DNA of 64,000 nt, from positions 85,066,001 through 85,130,000 of the forward strand of contig NW_024704743.1 in NCBI RefSeq assembly GCF_018977255.1. The letters run 5' to 3'. Under the pieces are notes generated by a model. It searched no databases, was not told the DNA's origin, and saw only the letters and a program-made list of their open reading frames with translations. This DNA comes from Callorhinchus milii (Eukaryota). Positions 53,889 to 64,000 of the stretch are shown in pieces (positions within the stretch are counted from its first letter, which is position 1; each line of letters opens with the position of its first letter). Position numbers and translations under genes: made by a program.

Positions 53889-54017
53889 CAAGCTGAACAG
53901 TTGGGTCGGGAAGATCAACAGTGGCTTCACAAAAACCGAAAATTAGTATTAATGGTGGATCTGGACCAGACTTTGATTCACACCACAGAGCAGCACTGTC
54001 AACAGATGTCAAACAAG
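53889..54017 (+). CDS. CTDP1: CTDP1 coding exon 4 (129 bp), catalytic DxDxT motif of the FCPH phosphatase domain
   Basis: QAEQLGREDQQWLHKNRKLVLMVDLDQTLIHTTEQHCQQMSNK; DLDQT at 53958-53972; acceptor cacag, donor AAG|GTGAGG. Confidence 0.98.
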
Positions 54018-55317
54018 GTGAGGCTCTTACAATCGTATTGTTCACCTTGTGATAGAAGGTGAATTTGCTGTACAAACATTTATGGCGATGTCTGACCTTT
54101 TTTGTGACTGGGATTACTGCAATTTACTTTTTGCCACAAGATGGCAACAGTGTGCTAAATAAAATGATCATAAAACAAATTCATTTATAATGTGAAAGTC
54201 TCTGAAAGAGACAGGTAATAGATGTCAAGTGTAGTGATTGCATATTTGTAGGCAAACATGACTGCCACAGAACAATCTATGAAGTGATTTTATCTGGAGG
54301 TTTGTTGGCTGATTCATCCTTCTCTTTTGAATAGTATATACATTTTACCCACAAAATATATAGTCAATTCACTTTACAGTATTCTGCCCTTGATTGGTTT
54401 AGTTCCTACCTCTCATACTGCTTTGAGACATCGTGAAGATGTGATAAGGCGCTATATCAAATATAAGGATTATTACTATCTATGTTTAATGTCTACCTGA
54501 ATGTCTACTTGGTTCAACAACTTATCTGAAGATGGCACCTCTGCACTAGTGCGTCAGCCTGGTGTAGGAGCTCTTAAGCAAATGCGGACAGGGCCCATGG
54601 AAATACACCTGAGCCCAAGTCAGCACCTATCGGAGAGAAGGAGAGAAATCGATTAAACAACGTTACATCAGAAGTGTTTTTTTAAAAATCATTTACTTAT
54701 CACTTATTGACTTATTTATTTACTTATCACTGTTGAGAGGAGAGGTATTTTTCATTCAGTAAGTTTAAAACTGCCCCATATTAGGACCTGAGCTCATACT
54801 GTCAGCTAGAAGAGCATTGGCTTGTCAGAATGGCCATCTTTTGTACGAGACAATAAACTGAGGATGTGCCTGCATTTCCATGTAGCCATTATGAATCATT
54901 AAAGACAGCAGTTGCAAATAGAAAGTTTTTCCACAGTGTCCTTGCCAACTATATACTCTGCAGATTAATTGGTGATTTACCTTACGGGTGTTTGTGTATA
55001 GATGTAGTTACACTTTTGTGAGTTTATTGTGTCTTATAATTCCCCCCCCCCCGTTGGTGTACGTCCCTGTTCCTGGTTTACCTCCTCTTCCTTGGATATG
55101 TGTCCACCGTGCTTGTTGCCCTTGGGAGCCATGCCCAAGTGGCCATAGTAATCCCCCAGATACAAATTGGCCATGCACTTCCAGGCTGTTTGTGGGACAT
55201 TGTGTGAAATTTGGCTACCTATTTTGCCTACAAATACATAGTCACTGCACTTCAGTGTAATATCTTGTAAAGCATTTTGATATGTTTTAACTGTGATAAG
55301 GCACTGTATCAAGTGTA

Positions 55318-56985
55318 CAACAACAAATTACATTTGTATAGCGCATTTCACATTGGGAGGATGGCCCAAGGCGCTGGGCAATCGGTGTTTCGGATCTGAG
55401 CTGGGATCGGGGAGGGTGGAGGGCAGGGTGAAAGGAGGGTGATGGAAGGCACGGTCGAAGAGGAGGGTCTTGAAGCAGGGAGTGGGCAGGTTGGTAGGGG
55501 GTTAGAAGGTCACTGAAGTAGGGGGGAGCAAGGCCATGGAGGGCTTTGAACAACAACAACAACAACAAAATTACATTTGTATCACGCCTTTCATGTTGGG
55601 AAGATGTCTCAAGGCACTGGACAGAGTATAGCATTTCAGACCCGAGCTGGGGTCAGAAGGGGAGGAGAAGGGGGGTGGCCGATGGTATGTTCGAAGAGGA
55701 GGGTCTTGAGGCAGGGCTTGAAGGAGGCTAAGGAGGGGGTGAGGCGGAGTGACTGGGGGATGGAATTCCAGAGGTTGGGGGCAGAGTGGCTGAAGGCTCT
55801 CCCGCCAATGGTGGGGCGGGTGGGTCGGGGGAGGTGGAGCAGGCCGGAGCCGGCTGAGTGGAGGGAATGGGTGGGTTGGTGGGGGGTTAGGAGATGGGGC
55901 GAGGCTATGGAGGGCTTTGTATGTGAGGACATTGATGTTGAACTGGATCCTCTGAAGGATAAGGAGCCAGTGGAGTCAGGCGAGAATGAGGGAGATGGGT
56001 TCACAGAGCCTGGTGCGGGAGAGGACACGGGCTGCAGAGTTCTGGATGATCTGTAGCCCGTGGAGGGAGGAGTTGGGGAAGCCGACAAGCAGGGAGTTTG
56101 TGTAGTCGTGCCTGAATGTTATGAGTGCGCGTATGAGGCCTGTGATGTGAGACGGTGACGGAGCCGGGCGATGTTGTGGGGATGGGGGAAGGGAAAGCAG
56201 AGTGGGACATGGTATGGATGTGGGATAGGAAGGATAGTTAATGGTCAAATAAGACTCCAAGGTTCCGGAATGGCTTAGTAAGGTGGAGTGTGCAACCCTG
56301 GATGGTGATGCTGTGCTGTCAGTGATTGAGGTGTGGAGGCGCTGACAGGAGCCAATCAGGAGAGCCTCGGTCTTGTTGACTTCTTATTGAACTATAGAAA
56401 GTTAGCTCTCATCCAGGATTTGATGTCTGACAGACATTCTGTCAGCACAGCAGTGGTCCTGGAGTCAAGGGTGGAAACAGAGAGATCGGGTTGGGTGTCA
56501 TCCGCGTACATGTGGAAATTGACCCCATGTCTGCAGATAATGTCACCAAGAGGAGCATTTAGATATTGAAAAGGAGGGGACCAAGGACAGAGCCCTGAAG
56601 AACGCCGCTCGAGATGGTGCGGGGGCTAGAGGAGAAGCTGTTTGTGGAGATGAAATGGAGACGGTTTGAGAGGTAGGATCTGAACCAGTTAAGGACAGAA
56701 CCATGACGGTTGAGGTGAGAGGAGAGGCGGTGGAGGAAGATAGAGTGGTTAACGGTATTGTTTCTCTGCTGTGAGCGGCATGGAAACCCGATTGTAGGGG
56801 TTCGTGAAGGGAATGGCGGGAGAGGAAGGAGCGAAGCTGGGACGCAACGACTCGTTCCAGGACCTTGGAAAGGAAAGGGAGGTTGGAGATGGGGCGGTAG
56901 TTTGAAAGCAAGGATGGGTCCAGGGAGGGTTTTTTAGGAGAGGAGTGATGACATGGGGGCCGGGGTGTGAAGGGGAGATGGGGAG
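55318..56985 (-). mobile_element. Two adjacent L2 copies (55318-55548 and 55549-56985), decayed RT region
   Basis: KKPSLDPSLLSNYRPISNLPFLSKVLERVVA..QSGF, YADD region, two separate (AAC)n tails. Confidence 0.9.
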
Positions 56986-57750
56986 CAGGTGTTGTTGTTT
57001 GTGTGAACCTTGACAGTAAGTATTGACAGGCACTCACTCTACCATAGAGTATCACAGCTAAGCCTGATCTCTCCCCGTCCAGCTACAGCACAGACACAAC
57101 CACTAGAGTGTGCTGTGGATTGACTAACAAGAGGAAACCTGGCTGGTTTTCCTCTCTTTAATCATGGGGAGGATGGGTTGGGTCAATTCTTTGCTCCTCA
57201 TGCATCCTTGGCTGATGCCAGCAAACTCAGCACGGACTGGGATTCAGAGTGGCGAACTCTTGGTCTGCAAACATACATAGCTCCAGCGTCATGGGATCTT
57301 TTAACATCCCCTTGAACACACAGGTGGGACTCCCTTTCAGCAGGTCATCTGAAGGATGGAACCTCCGACAACGTAACAACAACTTGTATTTATATAGCGC
57401 CTCTCACGCGGGCTAGCATTCAGAGCACTTGAAGCAGCACATCTCCAGCACTACACAGGCTGTGTGAGTTCATAGATTACGTAAGTTTCTGATATGAACT
57501 ATTTCTAGATAATGATAATCCCTGCATTCAAAATAAAGCTTCATCATGTTGTGAAATGTTTCACAGGATTTAGTGTAAAGTGTGGTGACTATGTATTTGT
57601 AGGCGAAACCATGATCAGACACCTCAATCTCTGTCCTATGATGTGGCCATTGTTAATGTACATGATGGTGACTGCGATGGTCTTGCCTTTGTTTGGAATT
57701 TCATTGTACAGATGTCTACGAATGTATTTTTGTGTCTCTATTACCTGCAG

Positions 57751-57901
57751 GGGATCTTTCACTTCCAGCTGGGGCGGGGAGAGCCCATGCTGCACACTCG
57801 ACTACGGCCTCACTGTAAAGAGTTCCTGGAAAAAATCGCTAAGCTCTACGAGCTGCACGTGTTCACATTTGGCAGCAGGCTCTACGCGCACACAATTGCA
57901 G
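57751..57901 (+). CDS. CTDP1: CTDP1 coding exon 5 (151 bp)
   Basis: ctgcag acceptor; GIFHFQLGRGEPMLHTRLRPHCKEFLEKIAKLYELHVFTFGSRLYAHTIA(G); donor G|GTACTG. Confidence 0.97.
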
Positions 57902-60900
57902 GTACTGCTCTGCGAATTGCTCCACTGTATGGGCAATGAACTGCTAGTTTTCTAAGTAAAGATATTAATGACATCAGTGTTTCCAGCTACTATATGCGTT
58001 CTATTAAGATTGAATATCCTGAGTCATTGGTATTTCTAATTAAACAACTCTCCCAATAGAAAGCTCTCAGATTCCAGAAAACCAATGGATCTTCTGGATA
58101 ATCACTGTCAGAGGCATTAGTGGATTGGCCTAATTACTGATGCTCTTTCTGTTATATATGAAATATGAAAATGTGACGAAAGTTTCTTTAATGGCTGTGA
58201 TGTTCTAAGTGGCCACTTGGTAGCAATATATAGACAGTAATCTAATTCTCTTAGGCAAGTGGTGGGAAAACGCATGAGAGCCTATTGAAATTCTGTACAA
58301 TAAAAATACTAATAATCATCCGTATGTTTAGCATAATACTTCATCACTTTGTCAAAATGTCTTAAAACGCTTTATAGGACTTCTATAAAGTCTAGCGACT
58401 GCGTATTTGTCGGCGAACACATCAGCCAATTTGTGCACAACAATGCCCACAAACAGTGAAGAGGTAAATGTTATCGTAAAATGAAGTGAATGACCGATTT
58501 TATCTGAGGAATTGTTAGCCAGGACATCGGGAGAAACTCTGTTCTCTTTTGGAATACGGTAGTGCCTCAGGACATCTGATGTTCATCTGAACAGGCAGAC
58601 AGGAGCTTGGTTTAACATCTCATCCAAAGGACAGCACCTCTGAAATTGTAATACTGCCCCAGCACTGCATTGGAGTGTCAGCCTGGACTGTGAGCTCAAA
58701 ATGGGACTTCAGATGAATTGTTCACTTCTCAAGCTCCTGGCAGACACATTGCGTAGAAAATCCACATATCTGACAAAATGCAAATGCCGTTCTGTGAACA
58801 TGAGCTGTCTGTTGAGCAGGAACACCTTGTCTCCACTGTGCATCTATGAAACTCTTGTCAGTGAAAGATCAGCAATGCAAGTGAGGAAGCACATGCTGAC
58901 TCTGGGCAGGAAATTATGTAAGATGATTTGGAAATCAAATGACTATATATCACATGTGAATAGAGTTAATGCAGCCTCTACTTGATAGCTCTCAAGTTAA
59001 CATGGCTCAGTTGGACTTGAGTGGAGCAGGGAATTAAATCTGTTTATGCCACATTATATCACTTATAGCACTAATGCATGCCTGCTCTAATGCCCACTAT
59101 CCCACATCATTGTTGAGATGAGGGCGGTTGGGGGGGTGGCTGTCAGCCAAGGTTTTTGGTCCTGATCACTATCTGTAACCCCTGCTAGAAGGTGTCGGTA
59201 TGGGCATTAGGTGAAGGCAGTTAGCTACAATGCCCACCCCCCTCATTAATGCGGTAAGTTGGTGTCTGACACTTGTGGAAACAGGACTTTAGAAAGTGTC
59301 AGTGCTACTGGGGTTGAGGTTAGGGATTTGTTGGGTTCTGGGCACTCTGAATTGCTTCATAGATGAGTTGCTCTAGACCCTAATGCAATTTCTCCTCCTT
59401 CATCAAAGAAAGAGGGAATTTTTCCCAGTGACCTGCTAACAATCGTCTAAGTAAAATTGGTCATTCACTTCATGGTAGTTTGTGGGTCATTGCTGTTCAC
59501 AAATTCAATTCATTTTAAATGCCTCAATCAGATCATTTCTGAATCTCTCCAGCTTTGAAGAATATAACCCAGACCTAGTCAGCTTCTCGTCATAACTGAG
59601 CTCCTTCATGCCAGGTATTAGTCTGGTGAATCAACACTGGATGCCCTCCAAGGCCCTTAAGGCCAAAACTGAACACAATGTTGATTAGCTCTGGATTCTG
59701 AAAGGATAAGATTGAATGGACTGAAGAGCTCTTGTGAAGTACAATTGTGAACACAATTTAAATAGTTAAGAAGAAAGTTATAGTTTTAAATGTATAAATT
59801 CTAATACAAATAACAAATATTGTATTTGAAATAGTGACAAAATGCCTCAAAGTGCTTCACAGGTAATTGCTGCTCAGTGCAGTAGTGACTGGGTATTTGT
59901 AGGCCAGCACAGCAGTGTAGCAAAGTTACACAAACGGCCTTGAAATGAGTGATCAAGTTGAAAGGTTGTTGGCCAGAGCACTGGGAGAAACTCCATTCCC
60001 TTTTCAAAAGTTTCCAAAAGACTTTGAAAGTAAGTAATGGCCAATTAACCAGCAGTCTTTTGGTCAGAGGGCATTTATTAATTTCTCCAGATCCTCTCAG
60101 TTTTAGGCTTGATCTTCAGAACGACTTTCTAGAACACAGGAATTAACTTGTCATATTTGTAGAATAGTAAAATTGAATTTCGCATCTGAATGAATCACTG
60201 AAGGCAATACTTCAAAAAGGGGTAAAACAGAAAGTTTGTACTTTGCCAAGTCTTTAGGGACCACAGCTCAATCCTCTACATTTCTCCTCCAGAAGTACTT
60301 GGCCTTGCTACCTCACTCCCTGCTTTCAGAATTCTCCTATGTACATATCTCTTTGATTATACCTTTTTCAACCTCTTTAAATCTTTTCTGGGCTTAGGAT
60401 TCAATGTTCCATTTAAGAGCTTTGAGCTATTCCTTAACATGAATGGCACTACAGTGGAGCCCTATTATAATATGAATTTGGGATCCATAAAATCTCGACT
60501 ATAGTGATGCATGATAGTGAGTTTGACTGCAGAAAGACAGCTAAATGAAAAAGTAGCTGACTTCCAGGTCATCAAGACATCGCCAAAGTTTCTTGTTTAC
60601 TGTGCATGTACAAAGCAGGAAGTGACAGTAGCAGCTTGATGACACAGAAGTTGGTCAGTTCTTTAGCCAAGTAAAATAGACAACTTCTGAATCATTGGAT
60701 TGCTCCTGACGTTACTTCTTGCTTTGTTGTGTACATGTTGGCAACCTAATGACCCGGGATTTGGACATTTTGGCACGAAAGTTGGTAGAGCGAACAGGCA
60801 GACCATGTGCATTCACAACAAATGGGGCTCATAGATAGGGCAACCATAGGGCAATCAAGAGTACATAAGAATTTGCTAGGCGAAAGAAAACCAAGGTCCA

Positions 60901-61769
60901 TCTGGTTCGCCTTCCACCCTCCCGGCAGTCACTTGACATGTTTTGCCATAAACAATATACTGTATGCCGAAATATTATTTTCTATCAGAAATCTATCTAA
61001 TTTGTACTTGAAACAAATGGCATTTTCTGCTTCCACTATCTCGCTAGGGAGCCTGTTCCACTATTCACTCAGCGAAGTAGTGCAAGTGCTTAATAACAGA
61101 ACAATATTGTGTATGCAATAAAAAGAGCAGATTATAATATGGCTACACTCTATGCAAACACACAAGTTATTATTTGGTAGTGGTGACCTGAGAAGATGAT
61201 AACCTACCACCATTATTACAACTCTCCAAACAGTATTATATGGTTGCAGAAACTAAGGTAGTATTATTGGGAATTTTTTTTGACTAACAATTAATATTTG
61301 TAATCACCTTGTGCTACTAATACACACACATTTCATTGGAAGGCACTCATCTATTCTAATGCTCTTGTACAGCATAGGTTTTATGTTCCACTCTACATTA
61401 TACAAATCCTGCCTTGAGGCTATTGTTCTGATATTAAGCACTTACATGCGCTCATGTGTTGGTTCATGTAGCTGGTGACAGTGAAACATTGATACCTGAA
61501 GTCATCGCAGAACCAGGCAGCCCGGGCAAAATGTTTCATCTGCATCATGGCAAATAGATAACATAGCAAACAAGTAGAAAGTCATAAATTTTTCTTTTAG
61601 GGTTGGTGGAATGAAAAACAGGGTATGTTCATTTATTTGCTTTGTATTCACTCACGTGTGGGATGAGACACTTTTCTCCGCATTACAGCATCTGTTCCAC
61701 TGCCTGATCGGCAATCCTTTGTGGAACAATATTTCTGTAAGTTAACAGAATGCAAGTCTATCAATATGA

Positions 61770-62172
61770 TATAATAATAGTAATCTTTACATTCGGTATG
61801 GTGCCTTTCATGTCGGGAGGATGTCCCAATGCACTTCACAGGAAATGGAGTCATTGTATGGAGTCAATTTCCCACAAACAGCCATAAAGTAAATGATCAA
61901 TTTTATTTGGGGGATTGTTGCCAAGACACCAAGAGAAATTCCCTTCTTTTTTCGACTAGTGCAATGGGATCTTTTAATGACCACCTCAACAGGCAGAGGA
62001 GACCTTGCTTCAACATCTCATCTAAAGGACGGCACCTTCAACATTGCAGCACCCCTAAACCCTGCATTCGAGTGTCAGCATAGACTGTGTGAGTTCAAGT
62101 CCTGACCTGGGGCTTGAACCAACAACCTTCTGACCCAAAGACAAGAGTGCTACCACTGACCAGGCTGACACA
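61770..62172 (-). mobile_element. Deu-domain SINE, near full length (similar copies at ~8630-8920, 15310-15660, 41140-41460, 58320-58700 minus; 33470-33750, 48840-49190 plus)
   Basis: gggatcttttaatgaccacctcaacaggcag..caacatctcatctaaaggacggcacc..gagtgtcagc..cttgaaccaacaaccttctgac pattern repeated across the window. Confidence 0.72.
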
Positions 62173-64000
62173 GTCAATATCCACACCAATTATTGTGGAT
62201 ATCTGCTAAACAGTCCAGTTATTGGTGTATGTAACATCATGCGCAAAATATTCATCTGAACATTTTCACTGCAATCCAACTTCACTGTCACTTTCGTGTC
62301 CTGATTCGGACAAGGTCATCCGGGGTATTGGGCTGCGATGTTGGTGAAATTAATTAGTTCAACATAAGCTTACATAAGATCACCTACAAACTACGATTAT
62401 TACAATTTATCCTGTAAAGTACATTGAGTCATCCACTTGAAAGGCGCTATATCAAATTTTAAAATGATCCTTATCTAGATAGGTGGAGTAAGGTTTGGGA
62501 TCAGAATGGACTAAATAGATAAAGGTAGAAATGGGAAATGAAATGGATCAAAGTGTGCAGGGGCGGGGGAGTACTTGGTAAATCTCTGCTCCTACATGTC
62601 AGTCCTATTTGACTTGCATTTCAACACGGGTGACCATCTAGAAACTGAAAATATGCCCTGCCTGGGTCGATTATCTGTGGGGTAAATTGTTTTGATCCCC
62701 CAGAACTGTAGTAGCCTATCTTTTTGGTCGGCCAACAAAATACATTTTCTTAATTAAACATTTCCTGATTTATGGCACACAATATTCAGTCAAGAAAAAC
62801 CTAGAAACATATCAAACGAACACAGACTGACTTAGACTAGTGCGAATGTTCTTGACGGGCTGCAGTTTGGCTGGCATTGGCCTTGACCGCTTCATGTCCT
62901 CACATTGTTTGAGTGAAGTGATTTGGAAGGAAAAACGAATTTGAAGTACCTTTGTATTGCAAAGCAATTCAACAAACATCACTACATTTAGTGTGTTGTC
63001 CTTGAACAAGGAACTGATTAGCAGGAATTGATTCCTGAAAATGTTATTGCTGGGTGATGCATTAGAGAACTTTCTGAGATATTATTACAAACAATTTAAT
63101 GCTGTACCACTGCATCGAGAGCTCTAACTCTTGATGAGAACCCCAGGCAATGAGAAATTATCACCTTTCTCAAAAGTTTGCAATCTTTCGCTTAATTGGA
63201 AATTTCACATCCATTGATTGTTAAAACAAGTTAATGGGCTTTCCATAATGCCTTTGACAACGCAAGTATGTTTAGCTGCAGGCGATAAGTCTGACCCATG
63301 TACTTGAAGTCGCTGTAATGTCCTGAGAGGCAATGAAGGGGAGAGTAACGAGGATGATCCTCAATGTCACAGAAATGAGCTATGAGCAGCAAATAGACTG
63401 GCAAGGGCTCTTCAGTCTTCAGAGAAGATGTCTCGGAGGGGACATTATAAGGGAATAAACCATTTTGAATGGGATTAAAAAAGTAAGCACTTCAGGATGC
63501 CAGGATTTATGCTCCACGTGAGCCCCCACCCATCCTAACCTCACTGCTCCCTCCCTAGCCTTTCACCCCTCCCCATACCCCTCTATTTTCTACTTTCTCA
63601 TGTATGTAATATAGTGCTGCACTATAAGCAAAGTAGCTCTGCCAGGCTGCCACCACAGTCTCCTGAACTGGGTCTTTATCCTGTCTCTGGTGATGACCAC
63701 ATCTGAGGCACCAAGTTAATCGCTCTACCCCAATGTGCTGTGTATTCCACCTGTGGATGAGATGAGCAACCTGGAAACAACCAAACATGCATATAATTCA
63801 GATTTCACGCCGTGCTTTGCATTATGCCATGCAGAGCAAAAGGCTGTCTATACTTCATTCTAAAGGAAGTTATCTGAAATGTATCAGTATTTTTTTTAAG
63901 CTAACATTTCGCATTATAAATGGGAAAGCATTTCAAACTTGGTCTGTTCTTCTTGAGGAAAAAGCACACGCAGAAATAAACCACTCAATGCAAAATGGAT

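Noticed and set aside
57902..64000. CTDP1 exon 6
   Set aside because: No GFLDPEKKLFSHRILSR-like segment found by eye; presumably beyond the window.

Overview
Vertebrate genomic DNA, most likely a cartilaginous fish (the SINE/L2/CR1/Penelope content suggests a holocephalan; this is an inference). The window holds the 5' part of CTDP1 (FCP1, the RNA polymerase II CTD phosphatase) on the + strand: CpG-island promoter and coding exons 1-5 (27828-28177, 49681-49764, 50656-50749, 53889-54017, 57751-57901), all with GT-AG boundaries and compatible phases, including the catalytic DLDQT motif. I did not find exon 6 in the window. Exon 1 is flanked by a 3.4 kb G-rich 27-bp minisatellite upstream and a second G-rich 27-bp minisatellite downstream. 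Further into intron 1 lie a second promoter-like CpG patch (CCAAT, CRE, GC box), a ~0.9 kb compound (TG)n array and strong splice donors. The rest is mostly retroelement debris: L2 and CR1 LINEs, Deu-domain SINEs, a younger tRNA-Ala-headed SINE with an L2 tail, Penelope-like terminal repeats carrying hammerhead ribozyme cores, and a pogo/Tigger remnant. The long ORFs over the tandem arrays are artefacts. Repeat family names come from recalled consensus similarity, not database searches.
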